Origin: Candidatus Borrarchaeum weybense
GTDB lineage: Archaea > Asgardarchaeota > Sifarchaeia > Borrarchaeales > Borrarchaeaceae
NCBI GenBank assembly: GCA_019057385.1
Contig: JAHQJS010000003.1
Span: forward strand, 83,212 to 147,211
Direction: 5' to 3'
Length of the DNA: 64,000 bases
Made by a program: the position numbers and the translations under genes. The notes beneath the pieces are model-generated. The model saw only the letters and a program-made list of their open reading frames with translations, searched no databases and had not been told where the DNA came from. Shown in pieces: positions 18,342 through 28,803 of the stretch; within the stretch, counting starts at the first letter, position 1, and each line of letters starts with the position of its first letter.

Positions 18342-19133
18342 TTAAGCCATTTGTTTAGCAAGATACTCTATCGCTGATTTTACCCAGATGGTAAGCCTTC
18401 CAGGGTGACCACCAGGAGCTAAAGATTCTGTATTAAGGTTATTAACATGAATAATATCTATGCCCGGATGATTTCTTGCCGCTTTTATAATCCCATTGTC
18501 TTCAGAAATCACAATAAGCGGACCTTTAGGCTTTTTATATTTGCGTCCTCTTAGTTTACCCTTTCCGCTTCGGATTTTTTTGCCGCTTTTTGCCCGAATA
18601 ACATCTGTCCAGATACCGAGTTTCTCGAAAACACTTTTAGTTTCACTTGTTTTGGTTAATAATTGAAATTCATCTGTTAAGATAATTGGGAATTTTGAAA
18701 TCATCTCAATAGAATGTCCTCTTTTGCGAACGAGAATTTTATTTGCAGTCGCAGCTATGGCAGAACGTAGTGCAAAACGTCTCTCATTTTTATTTATTCT
18801 TTCAACATGTATCTTTTCTGGTTTGGGAGGATGAGCTTGTCTTCCTCCAACAGCCATAGGGACGAAGGCACCTCTTGAACCAGCGTGATGTCTACTTCCT
18901 TTTATACGAGGTACCCGAGCAATCCCTCGACCAACACCCATAGATTCAGCAGAAGTTCGCTGACCTGCCTTTTTGTTTACACCATAAGGTTGAATACGTG
19001 CAGTGATCGCTGCAATTACTGCACGTTGAATTAAGTCTGGGCGAAAGGGTGTGAAAAATATTGATGGTAAAGTGATTTCCTCTTTAATGGTCCCATCTAG
19101 ATCATATACAATTCCTTTTTCTGGAATATTCAT
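18342..19133 (-). CDS. rpl4: Ribosomal protein uL4
   Basis: SAESMGVGRGIARVPR, LAPGGHPGRLTIW. Confidence 0.97.
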   Translation of the reverse strand: MNIPEKGIVYDLDGTIKEEITLPSIFFTPFRPDLIQRAVIAAITARIQPYGVNKKAGQRTSAESMGVGRGIARVPRIKGSRHHAGSRGAFVPMAVGGRQAHPPKPEKIHVERINKNERRFALRSAIAATANKILVRKRGHSIEMISKFPIILTDEFQLLTKTSETKSVFEKLGIWTDVIRAKSGKKIRSGKGKLRGRKYKKPKGPLIVISEDNGIIKAARNHPGIDIIHVNNLNTESLAPGGHPGRLTIWVKSAIEYLAKQMA

Positions 19134-19194
19134 TTGAATCGCCTATTACATATTGATTTAAATTGAAGGAGTCATATTAAAACCTAAAGAGTGA

Positions 19195-20190
19195 TTATCG
19201 CCGTATATATGAAAGTGCAGGTGCTTCTGAAGGCGCATTAACAGGTGAACGTATTGCATATCGCATTTTAATTAAATTTTTTCTATGTCCAGTAATTGAG
19301 CCCTGTATGATCATATAATCTCCACGAATAATGCCATAACGGATGAATCCACCGGGAGGTGTGATTTCATCACCATCCTCACCTATTTTCAATATTCGCT
19401 TATTATAATCAGTTCTTTGATGATATCCTAATTGTCCTGCTCGTGGTACAGTGTAGAACATATGATGTGGTTTCCATGGACCAATTGCACCAACACCACG
19501 TTTTGTCCCCCTAGATTTATCTTGTAAGATGCGAATACCCCAACGCTTCACCGGGCCTTGAAATCCTTTGCCAATCGAAATTGAACCAGTATCCACAAAC
19601 TGTCCGTTTTTCAAGATATCCGTAGCACGTATTTCTTTCCCTAAGATGGAATTTGCGTAATCAAATTGCTCTTGTATACCCTCTCCTCCACCTATTTTCA
19701 CTTCAAAGAGATGAGGCTTCCGTCGCGTAACACCACTTAAAATAGGTTGGGTATGAACTATAGCCCTTACTTCTGCTGTTGTTTCAATTGATTCTTTCAA
19801 CATATTCAAAGTTACTGAAGTGTTATAGTCTTTAGGAAGAGGAAAAACTCGACTTAGATCAGAATTTAAATCTGAGAACCAACTTTCACCAATGACACTT
19901 AGCCCATAAGGCGTTGATTCATAGGTACGCATTCCACATACGAAGAGGGGGGGTGTATCAAGTACAGTAACAGCCATAACACGTTCTTGTCCGTAGAAGG
20001 GACTATGTTCGTGATCTTCAATTAAAACTACATGAGTCATTCCTGCTTTGTAACCTGCAAAGCCAAGAAGTGTTGGTGGGCCAATCCAAGAAGGCCAGGT
20101 TTTAATCTTGCCAACTGGATGTGCCGCTCTACCACGAGGTAGATAAGCGAGTGATCCTCTTTTTGGTGCATGTCGTTTTCGATGACCCAT
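19195..20190 (-). CDS. rpl3: Ribosomal protein uL3
   Basis: MGHRKRHAPKRGSLAYLPR, GYKAGMTH, GKGFQGPVKRWG. Confidence 0.97.
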   Translation of the reverse strand: MGHRKRHAPKRGSLAYLPRGRAAHPVGKIKTWPSWIGPPTLLGFAGYKAGMTHVVLIEDHEHSPFYGQERVMAVTVLDTPPLFVCGMRTYESTPYGLSVIGESWFSDLNSDLSRVFPLPKDYNTSVTLNMLKESIETTAEVRAIVHTQPILSGVTRRKPHLFEVKIGGGEGIQEQFDYANSILGKEIRATDILKNGQFVDTGSISIGKGFQGPVKRWGIRILQDKSRGTKRGVGAIGPWKPHHMFYTVPRAGQLGYHQRTDYNKRILKIGEDGDEITPPGGFIRYGIIRGDYMIIQGSITGHRKNLIKMRYAIRSPVNAPSEAPALSYIRR

Positions 20191-20622
20191 AGTATTTACC
20201 TCCACAAATTACTAAAAAGGGCAAATAAGATAATCTGCAATTTATTTTTATTATCGGTGGTATTACAAAGGTTATTATTAATCTTGATATTGATTCTGGT
20301 AGGTACATGATTTTATGACTACCGTAAAAACAAGAGGTATCTCATAGAAGCGTATCCCTCTGTTTGAGCAGTCTGTCTAAAATAACCGTTATATTGTAAC
20401 CTACTTTTTTTGTTTCATTTTTATGTCTTCTGCTGAAAGAAAGGATAATTCAATCTTCCACTTTACACCTTCGGAATCGTTTGAAAAATCTTAAATAGAA
20501 CTCAACACTTCATTGCACTAAATTTCATTTCAAAATATCATTTAAACGATAAAATATATCCTTAAGTGAGGATATTCTAAGAAAATGTGAATAAATAGTT
20601 TTCATGTATTAGGGAGGAAAAA

Positions 20623-22125
20623 ATGATGCCATTACCCTATATGACTCAATCACTGTGCCCAGAATGCCTCAAAGTCATTCCTGCAGAAATTAAGGCAGAA
20701 AATGGCAAAGTTGTCATAGAGAAGGAATGTTCTGAGCATGGCTTTTATAAAGATACGTATTGGGGCTCTGAAGAGGATTTCCTTCGCGTCGAGAAGTGGT
20801 GGTGCGATGGGAGATTAGATAACCCTCGCACTGAAACAAACAAAGGTTGTCCACAAGACTGTGGGCTTTGTCCAGAGCATAAATCCCACACTGGACTGGC
20901 GCTCATTGATGTGACTAACCGATGCAATCTTTCCTGTCCAATTTGTTTTGCAAACGCACGAAGTTCAGGCTATGTTTATGAACCAACATTAGAGGAAATT
21001 CGTGGTATCCTTGAAAATTTACGCGCAAATGAGCCTGTTCCAGCTCCCGCGGTACAATTTGCTGGCGGTGAGCCCACTGTTCGCAAAGAATTGCCAGAAA
21101 TTATATCAATGGCAAAGGAATTCGGTTTTAAAAATATAGAAATAGCTTCTAATGGGCTAAAAATAGCTGAGAGTTCAGATTATTTAGCGAAATTATCAGA
21201 AGCGGGACTAAGTACAATATACTTCCAATTTGACGGAATAACACCTGAGCCATACATTGCTGCAAGAGGAAAAGATCTATTTCCTTTAAAAAAGAAAGTA
21301 ATTGAAAATGCACGAAAAGTAGGGTTTGATAGTATTGTATTAGTGCCAACATTAGTTCGCGGTCTAAATGATGCTCAGGTAGGTGGAATAATCGATTTCG
21401 CTGTACAGAATGTAGATGTAGTAAGAGGTGTCATCTTCCAGCCAGTGTCTATTACTGGAAGGATCGATCGAGAAAAATTAGATGAGATGAGAATCACAAT
21501 ACCTGATTTAATGCGTTTAGCTGAAGAACAAACAGGTGGTACAATTAAGGCCAAAGATTGGTATCCTGTATCAAGTGTAGCCACCTTTTCAAAAGCATTG
21601 GGGCATTATCGTGGCGAACCAGCTGTAGAATTTACTTGTTCGCCTCATTGCGGCATGGCAACATACATTTTTGTGGAAGAAGGAGAGATTCAGCCTATTA
21701 CAGAATTTGTTAACATCGATAAATTCTTCGGTACGTTAGAAGGTATAAATAAGGATTATGAACGGAACTCTCGCTATGGCAGAATAAAAGCCAAACTTCG
21801 TCTCTTCTTTAGTCTTCGCCATTTCAAGAAAAAAGGGCGTGTAATCAAATTAGTTCGCAATATAATGAATAAACATTCATATGATGAACTAGGCGAATTC
21901 TCCCGCTCGTCCATATTAATTGGAGCTATGCATTTTATGGATCCTTACAATTATGATCTACAACGAGTTAGTCACTGTGTTATTCATTATGGAATCCCTG
22001 ATGGTCGTATAATTCCGTTTTGTGCATATAATACGTTGCACAGAGAGTCAGTCGAAAAAGAATTAAGTATACCGATAAGCGAGTGGCGCAAAAGAAATGC
22101 ACAAACTGCTAAAGCGGAGATATAA
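20623..22125 (+). CDS. tes: Tetraether lipid synthase (radical SAM, Tes/GDGT-MAS family)
   Basis: TQSLCPEC, CPQDCGLCPEH, NRCNLSCPICFA, CSPHCG, HFMDPYNYD...CVIHY...IPFCAYN. Confidence 0.88.
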   Translation: MMPLPYMTQSLCPECLKVIPAEIKAENGKVVIEKECSEHGFYKDTYWGSEEDFLRVEKWWCDGRLDNPRTETNKGCPQDCGLCPEHKSHTGLALIDVTNRCNLSCPICFANARSSGYVYEPTLEEIRGILENLRANEPVPAPAVQFAGGEPTVRKELPEIISMAKEFGFKNIEIASNGLKIAESSDYLAKLSEAGLSTIYFQFDGITPEPYIAARGKDLFPLKKKVIENARKVGFDSIVLVPTLVRGLNDAQVGGIIDFAVQNVDVVRGVIFQPVSITGRIDREKLDEMRITIPDLMRLAEEQTGGTIKAKDWYPVSSVATFSKALGHYRGEPAVEFTCSPHCGMATYIFVEEGEIQPITEFVNIDKFFGTLEGINKDYERNSRYGRIKAKLRLFFSLRHFKKKGRVIKLVRNIMNKHSYDELGEFSRSSILIGAMHFMDPYNYDLQRVSHCVIHYGIPDGRIIPFCAYNTLHRESVEKELSIPISEWRKRNAQTAKAEI

Positions 22126-22159
22126 TTTTTTTTATTTCTCTTTTATAACTACCTCGCAA

Positions 22160-22192
22160 GAAGACCCCCCAACTTGTGAGGGGGTGATTGAC
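22160..22192 (-). mobile_element. Solo IS200/IS605 terminal hairpin remnant
   Basis: Minus strand GTCAATCACCCCCTCACAAGTTGGGGGGTC resembles the end of the IscB element at 54126 (GTCAATTACCCC...GGGG). Confidence 0.45.
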
Positions 22193-22212
22193 TTTGGCTA
22201 TGGTTACTTCGT

Positions 22213-22446
22213 CTATTCTTTATGATATTGGTCTATGAAGTCTCCATAGGCATCCACCGGCTCTGTTAACTTACCTGCAGGCACATTGTATTCAATGCCG
22301 CATGCACCACAGTGAACACGTGCATATCCATCTTCTCTGAAAAGTTCTACTGTAACCGCGCGAGCATCACAATCCGGGCATACAAAAACTTTTGGGATTG
22401 TTCTTTGATGTCTCTTAACTACCTTTTTTCGTCTTCTTCGTCCCAT
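22213..22446 (-). CDS. elf1: Transcription elongation factor Elf1
   Basis: MGRRRRKK...FVCPDC...CGACG...EPVDAYGDFID. Confidence 0.9.
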   Translation of the reverse strand: MGRRRRKKVVKRHQRTIPKVFVCPDCDARAVTVELFREDGYARVHCGACGIEYNVPAGKLTEPVDAYGDFIDQYHKE

Positions 22447-22616
22447 TGATATCACCTAGGTTTTCAAAATAGATTTTTTTATGTGAACTAAATAATTCCT
22501 TACATTAAAACGGTCATTCTGACAATTTTTCCTTTCTTTTTCTGATTTTTAAGCTTTTGTTGAAGGCAACTATTACATATTTTCAAAGCGATCGTCTGCT
22601 TGGATTTTTGTCGTAT

Positions 22617-24413
22617 TTACTTTTCTAAATGAGTTATAATTTTTTTAGCCTCTTCAAGAGTATTGGATACGCGTATCTGAGAAATATTGAGTTCAATGGC
22701 ATCTAGGACTTCATTTTTTATTATTTTTCCAGCCGCAATAATCTCTTTTCCAATGATTTTTGGTGCATATTTTCGAATCGGTGCATCTGGAAACTCTGCA
22801 TTCTCAATACTAGTAACTAATTCATCTGTTGTTAATTCTAGAATCTTTTCGCCCTCTTTTCCAATGACGACAAATCTAATATTGCCACTCCCATCATCCA
22901 AGATGCCGCTTAGCAATAATCGTGGAATTGATTTGTCAATTTTCCCGCAGTTTGGACATATTTTTTCATTATTCTCTGACTTTACCCTTCTACGGCATTT
23001 AGGACACGCTTCATAAATCGGATTTCTTTCATATAGTTTAAGTATAGTGCCGCGTACCTCAGCAAACTGATTTTCTATACAATCTTTGATGAATACTTGA
23101 TGATATTCCTTTACCGTTTCAGGGGTTAGTTTTTCTTCTGTAAAAGTCTCTTTTACTTGTGATATTAATTGTCCTTTCTCTTCCAATTCCTTTGGGTTGA
23201 TAACAACGTTAGATAGACGTCCAACATGAAGTTCTGTTTCTCCACTAAGCCCTTCTCTTGTATATGCGTTTTGTATTAAAAGAAGATCTCCTAGATTCGC
23301 ATTTTGCACTAAATTTACACTTTCATCCCAAAGGACAGTTCTAACATCTCCAGTTGTATCTTTTACATAGAGAGTTATCAATCGTCCGCTTCTTCCATCC
23401 TTTGTAGTAAATTCGCGGAGATCCCCTATATGCATTATTCGCACGAAAATATCGACTGAACGCATATTCGGCTGTAAATCCACGATGTCGATTATCTTTG
23501 GTTCACCAATTGAAAATTCGATTGACGTTTCTGGATCAATCACAACACCCGTGCGTCCTCCTCCATGGACTTCTACTTGATTTTTTAGCCCTTCTTTAGT
23601 GTATGCCCCCTCTAACCTTAAAATAGTCCCAACATCTATTTGATCTATAATTTCCGCGCTTTTATCCCATAAAACTACCCTAGTTGAGCCTGTGTCGTCT
23701 CTTAGTATAAGACTTGCTCTCTTTCCTTCACTTCCATCTTTTCGCTGAAATGTTGAAATTGGATAAACACTCTCTACTACACCTAAAATATCGATGTCAT
23801 TTAGATTTGCTTCCAATCCATCGATCTTATGTGTGAATTCTTTAACAAAAGGAAAATCTGCTGCATTTGCATCTTCCGGATTAATAATTATACGTCCTCG
23901 GTATCCAACATGTAATTCAGGATCCTCTTGTAAACCTTCTTTCACATATCCAGAAAGTATTCGTAGAATGTCACCTCTACTTATCTTATCTATATTCTGT
24001 GCATGATCGCCCCATAAAACTGTACGGATCGTTTTTGTTTTGTCACCAATTATTAGATTTACAACATAACTCTGTTTTCCATCTCGAACAAATTCTCTTA
24101 AAGCATAAATCTTCATAACACGTCCTATAACAGAAATATTATTCATTCCAGGGATAAGATCTTTGATGAATAGCTGGGTAGTTGACAATTTTTGATCCTT
24201 AAAGAGATCAATACCTAATTCTGAAGCCACAATGTGTGCGGCTCCTTCTTCGGTAATTAATCCTCCTAATTCCTCTCTTTTTACTCTTATTCTTTCCTCA
24301 AGTTCTTTTTTTGAGATCTTTGTTTCTGAAATTATTTTATCAATAATTTCTTCTAATGAGAAACTTATACAACCACCCCCATGAAATTCATATGAAGATG
24401 ATATAATCTGCAA
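22617..24413 (-). CDS. rpa: Replication protein A (multi-OB-fold ssDNA-binding protein with Zn finger)
   Basis: GGLITEEGAAHIVA, repeated D.TG..R.VLW OB folds, CPKC...CPNC. The start may be ATA at 24368. Confidence 0.9.
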   Translation of the reverse strand: MQIISSSYEFHGGGCISFSLEEIIDKIISETKISKKELEERIRVKREELGGLITEEGAAHIVASELGIDLFKDQKLSTTQLFIKDLIPGMNNISVIGRVMKIYALREFVRDGKQSYVVNLIIGDKTKTIRTVLWGDHAQNIDKISRGDILRILSGYVKEGLQEDPELHVGYRGRIIINPEDANAADFPFVKEFTHKIDGLEANLNDIDILGVVESVYPISTFQRKDGSEGKRASLILRDDTGSTRVVLWDKSAEIIDQIDVGTILRLEGAYTKEGLKNQVEVHGGGRTGVVIDPETSIEFSIGEPKIIDIVDLQPNMRSVDIFVRIMHIGDLREFTTKDGRSGRLITLYVKDTTGDVRTVLWDESVNLVQNANLGDLLLIQNAYTREGLSGETELHVGRLSNVVINPKELEEKGQLISQVKETFTEEKLTPETVKEYHQVFIKDCIENQFAEVRGTILKLYERNPIYEACPKCRRRVKSENNEKICPNCGKIDKSIPRLLLSGILDDGSGNIRFVVIGKEGEKILELTTDELVTSIENAEFPDAPIRKYAPKIIGKEIIAAGKIIKNEVLDAIELNISQIRVSNTLEEAKKIITHLEK

Positions 24414-24566
24414 TTTTTTACTTGCTTTTTCATTTTCTTATAGTATTTTTTTCTTTTTAACGCTATTAGTTTGCGTACGCGCACGGTTTTAAAATATCCA
24501 AAAGAAATAAAATTCCCCGAAAAGGTTTTTCTCAATAGAGTTTAGTTAGAATTAAATTCACGTAAG

Positions 24567-25391
24567 ATGATTAATATGGGTTTCTGGAAGACTTTGAAAG
24601 CAACTACTGTCAGAAATTTACGGGTAATTTTCAAGTATAAGTTTGAAATATTTATCAACATAGGTTGGCTCATTTTGGACATAATCGCATTTTCTTTGCT
24701 AGGACACATCGTAGAATCGACTTCAGTGGACTTAGAATACTCGTTAAGAGATTTCTTGTTAGTTGGAGTCTTTTTCTGGGCTTTTTTTGGGAAAAGTTAT
24801 GATGATACAGTGAATTGCATTCCAGAGGAGGCAAGTCGAGGCACTCTTGGCTTCCTCCTAACGAATAATGTAAGTTTTGTGACGTTACTCACAGCTAGAG
24901 CGGCAGCGTCAAGTATAATCAGCGCTGTTGTTGCAATATGCATTATATTTCCGATTTTAGCACTATTAGATGTACTTCAGCTTCAACTTCAATGGCTTCT
25001 TCTAGCGATGGTGATCTTTTTCTTGTGTTGGTTATTTATGCTGGGCGTTAGTTTATTAGTATCGTCCGTAAATGTTTTGTTTAAACGAATTGGCTTATTT
25101 TCTGCACTCTTTCTTTGGGCTCTAAAGATCCTAAGTGGATATTTTTTTCCAGTTGAAGCACTTGACGATTTTGTACCTGGATTAAGTTTTATGGCGATGA
25201 GTTTACCAACTTCTGCTGGGCTCCAATTGATTCGATGGGTATTAATCCTCGGCGCCCCTCCACCTGAAATGATGTGGAACGCATTGACGTCTCTTTTAAT
25301 CGGCACTACAATAGTTATGGTTGCAGCCATAATAACTTTGAAGCAAATGGAAAAAATTGCAGCAAAAGTTGGAACTTTAGAATTCTATTAG
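24567..25391 (+). CDS. ABC-2 type transporter permease
   Basis: Six TM segments, EEASRGTL, LSGYFFPV. Confidence 0.85.
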   Translation: MINMGFWKTLKATTVRNLRVIFKYKFEIFINIGWLILDIIAFSLLGHIVESTSVDLEYSLRDFLLVGVFFWAFFGKSYDDTVNCIPEEASRGTLGFLLTNNVSFVTLLTARAAASSIISAVVAICIIFPILALLDVLQLQLQWLLLAMVIFFLCWLFMLGVSLLVSSVNVLFKRIGLFSALFLWALKILSGYFFPVEALDDFVPGLSFMAMSLPTSAGLQLIRWVLILGAPPPEMMWNALTSLLIGTTIVMVAAIITLKQMEKIAAKVGTLEFY

Positions 25392-25403
25392 AATAGAAAT
25401 TAG

Positions 25404-26354
25404 GTGAGCAATGTGGAAGACGTAGTTATGGTTGAAAATGTTGTAAAAGAATTTCCGATAGGGGCATTTCTACGTAAACGTCTTCGTATTTTAAATGGGA
25501 TTTCTTTCAATTTGCCAGATGGTGACAATCTTGCAATTGTGGGGCCTAACGCGAGCGGAAAAACTACACTTCTAAAAATGCTTGCATCGATTTATCTTCC
25601 TGATAGCGGATCTATTGAGATCTATGGTTATGATTTACAGAAACAAATAACACAAGTTAGGAATATGATAAGTTTTGTTAGTCCAAGCTTAACTTTTCAG
25701 GCTAAACTCACACTTAAAGAAACACTTGATTTCTTTGCCGGCGTGCAGGGCGTTGATATTGATGATATTGCATTAAAATTTCTAGAAGAAGTAAATCTTA
25801 TTCATATGATGGATAAACGATTAGAATCATTTTCTGAAGGTCAAAAAGCAATGGTTCGTCTTGTTGTTGGACTAATGAAACAACCACGCCTTCTACTTCT
25901 CGATGAAATTACAGCAACGCTTGATCTGACGCGTAAAGAAGCCGTAATCAATACTATAAATGAATTAGATAACCGCTATAAGTTTACAATTATTCTTGTA
26001 GACCATGATCCAATGGTTGTAGATAGAATTTGTGATAAAGTTCTCCTCCTTAAACGGGGTGGACGTGTTTTAAAATACAGCACGGTAGATGAACTACTCT
26101 CAAAAATTCCTTATAAATATGACATTAAAGTAACTCCAAAAAAGACGTTGGATGATGATTTTCTAAAGAATTTTGGATTCCCTTATAAGAAAATGGGAAA
26201 TATCATTCGCTTTTTTACCCAAAATCATTCTGAAGTCAATGAACTTAATGCCAAGTTGTTAGAGAAAGAGGACTATATTCTTGAGTTCTCGACAAGCGGT
26301 GTCAGCTTAGAAGACGTCTACTACTTTTGGATGCAGAAAGAAACTCAGGAGTAG
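25404..26354 (+). CDS. ABC transporter ATP-binding protein
   Basis: GPNASGKTT, FSEGQ, LLLLDE, SLEDVY. Confidence 0.92.
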   Translation: MSNVEDVVMVENVVKEFPIGAFLRKRLRILNGISFNLPDGDNLAIVGPNASGKTTLLKMLASIYLPDSGSIEIYGYDLQKQITQVRNMISFVSPSLTFQAKLTLKETLDFFAGVQGVDIDDIALKFLEEVNLIHMMDKRLESFSEGQKAMVRLVVGLMKQPRLLLLDEITATLDLTRKEAVINTINELDNRYKFTIILVDHDPMVVDRICDKVLLLKRGGRVLKYSTVDELLSKIPYKYDIKVTPKKTLDDDFLKNFGFPYKKMGNIIRFFTQNHSEVNELNAKLLEKEDYILEFSTSGVSLEDVYYFWMQKETQE

Positions 26355-26426
26355 AAGAAGTCTTAAGGATTGGCCTTTTAAGTTCTTATACTATTTTCTT
26401 ATTTTATAAATTAGTTCTGAAGACAG

Positions 26427-26563
26427 TGGGCGGGGTGGGATTTTCAGAAAAAGCGATTTTCGATTCTTCTTTTGAACCCACGATTTCCGATACCTCCATA
26501 AGTTTCTTATGAAGACACTCCGGAACCCGAATCCGGAATCATACCATGCTAGACTACCCGCCC
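26427..26563 (-). tRNA. tRNA-Pro(CGG) with 2 introns (variable region, T-loop)
   Basis: GGGCGGG/CCCGCCC acceptor stem. CCGGA-TT-CGG-GT-TCCGG arm (anticodon 26527-26529). Two hairpin-forming inserts. Confidence 0.88.
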
Positions 26564-27259
26564 ATAGTATTTTGAAATATGGTCCGTGAATTACCTTTAG
26601 GATAGGAACTTCTCGGACCTTGAGCCAAATAGTTTTCGGGCACTATGTATAAAGTATAAATTGGTTTCCATGACTATAAATAAAACTTTTGCCTTTTAGC
26701 AATCATTCAAATTTGGTTTTAGAATCCTTTACATTTATACGGGAGAAGGCCATGACAATCCATTCTGCGAATAATATAATAGTGAAAAACAAAATATTAT
26801 TTGGGCGAGCAATGACGATTCTGACCCTTCTTGAAATACACTAAATAGAAGTGGTGTACCTTACAATATATACCCCACAAAAATAAAATTGATGATAGGG
26901 ATCTTGAGTGAGTTGAGCTCGCTCTGTTTTTCACTTTTTCTAGTTTTATCCCGACAAAACCTGTTAAACTCCTGAATGTATTTTAAAAAAAAATTCACTT
27001 ACACATTAGTCTCACTGTTCCTTTAAATCGTATTCTGTAATAATGTAACTTAGAGAATGATGAAACTCCCAGAAAGCCAGAATCATTGAACATAGACAAA
27101 TGTGTTGTCCTTATATAGATTTTCTTGATAAAAAGATGTAGCTTGATGCAAGACAAAGCGACAGGGTCTAATAAGACGATGATGTAGAAATGGTTTTCAA
27201 GAACTTTGTATGCCCTCTAATAGGGCTTGAAAGGGTGTTTCTCGGAAGGTTTAGAAAAA

Positions 27260-28465
27260 ATGCTCTTAACTGATATTTTAGAAGAGGAATTAAATAGCCC
27301 TACAGTATTTCGGGATGAATCCAAATTAAGCGCTGCATACGTGCCATCTTCTTTACCCCACAGAGCATCATCACTTCGAGATTTGGTTCGTCTATTCTTA
27401 GGCGTGATGAAAAAACCAGGTGAAATGAGTCAACAAGTTACCATTAGTGGAAGTATAGGAATTGGAAAAACAGCACTATGCAAATGCTTCGGTAAGGTCC
27501 TAGAAGAATATGCCAAAACCAACAACATGAACCTACATTATATCCATGTTAATTGCAGGCGTAAAAAATCGCGCTTTTTAATTTTAAGAGAAGTAGTTCA
27601 TCACTTCAATCCAACTATCCCACATAGAGGTTATTCACCAGAAGAATTACTTCATATGTTACATCACTTACTAGAGTCTCAGAATATCCATTTGGTATTA
27701 GCTCTTGATGAATTTGATTTTATTTTGAGAAAAAAAGACGCTTCGCTTCTTTACGACCTGATAAGATGGACAGATGAACATATTGACGGTATACAGCGTG
27801 TTTCTCTTATCCTTATAGTCCGTGACAGAGTATATCTGAAAGAATTAGATGTTGGCACACTTAGTTCACTTCAAAATAATCATATCTATCTAGCGCCTTA
27901 TTCTGCCGAACAATTAGTAGATATTTTGCAGGAACGTGCAACTGATGCACTGTTTGACTTTGCAATTAATCCTGAGGTTCTCAATCTAATAGCCGATATT
28001 GCTAGTGAACGAGGTGATGCACGTTTCGCGTTGGAACTTTTATGGCGTGCAGGAAAGTATGCTGACCGCGATAGAGTTACCTCGATTTTTCCGGAGCATG
28101 TAAGATTAGCAAAAGGTGATATCCACCCTGATCTTAGAAAGGATATCTTCCAAGAATTATCATTACATCATCAGTTTGTACTATTGGCCATTATTCGGCA
28201 ACTGAAAAAACATGACGCTGCGTATACAACCACTGGAGATGTTGAAACTACCTACAACATTATCTGCGAAGAATATCACGAAACTCCGCGCAAACACACC
28301 CAACTGTGGGAATACATTAAAGAACTGGAGCAATTATGCCTCATCACGACTAAACTCTCTGGTAAAGGCATACGAGGCAAAACTACCCTGATTGGATTGC
28401 CGGATGCACCCTTGTTCTTGCTAGAAAAAAAGCTTCAAAACTATTTGAAGGAGTGTGAAAAATGA
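27260..28465 (+). CDS. cdc6: Orc1/Cdc6 replication initiator
   Basis: YVPSSLPHR, GSIGIGKT, HVNCR, LALDEFD, GDARFALELL, C-terminal wHTH with GIRGKTT. Confidence 0.93.
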   Translation: MLLTDILEEELNSPTVFRDESKLSAAYVPSSLPHRASSLRDLVRLFLGVMKKPGEMSQQVTISGSIGIGKTALCKCFGKVLEEYAKTNNMNLHYIHVNCRRKKSRFLILREVVHHFNPTIPHRGYSPEELLHMLHHLLESQNIHLVLALDEFDFILRKKDASLLYDLIRWTDEHIDGIQRVSLILIVRDRVYLKELDVGTLSSLQNNHIYLAPYSAEQLVDILQERATDALFDFAINPEVLNLIADIASERGDARFALELLWRAGKYADRDRVTSIFPEHVRLAKGDIHPDLRKDIFQELSLHHQFVLLAIIRQLKKHDAAYTTTGDVETTYNIICEEYHETPRKHTQLWEYIKELEQLCLITTKLSGKGIRGKTTLIGLPDAPLFLLEKKLQNYLKECEK

Positions 28466-28803
28466 CACTTGACATGACAGATATTCTTATTCAAAGTTCT
28501 CCCTTTCCGCCTATTGAAGAAGTACTATCTTCAAAAGGAAAAATAAAAATTTTAAAGATTTTAACGCATTACGAAGAATTAAACATCTCTGAGATCGTAA
28601 GAAGAGCGCAACTTAATCATGCTACCGTCACTCAGCATCTCGATTACTTTAAAACCATCGGAATCGTAGAAGAAAAATCATTTGGCCGCATAAAGATTTA
28701 TCGGTTATCACCAGAGGATGCAATAGTCAAAGTAATTCGTGATCTAATGGAATCTTGGGAGCACTCAGAATTAAGCAACAATACTCGCAACTCATATGTA
28801 TAG
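28462..28803 (+). CDS. ArsR-like winged-helix protein
   Basis: LSSKGKIKILKIL...LNISEIVRR...GIVEEKSFGRIKIY. Confidence 0.85.
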   Translation: MTLDMTDILIQSSPFPPIEEVLSSKGKIKILKILTHYEELNISEIVRRAQLNHATVTQHLDYFKTIGIVEEKSFGRIKIYRLSPEDAIVKVIRDLMESWEHSELSNNTRNSYV

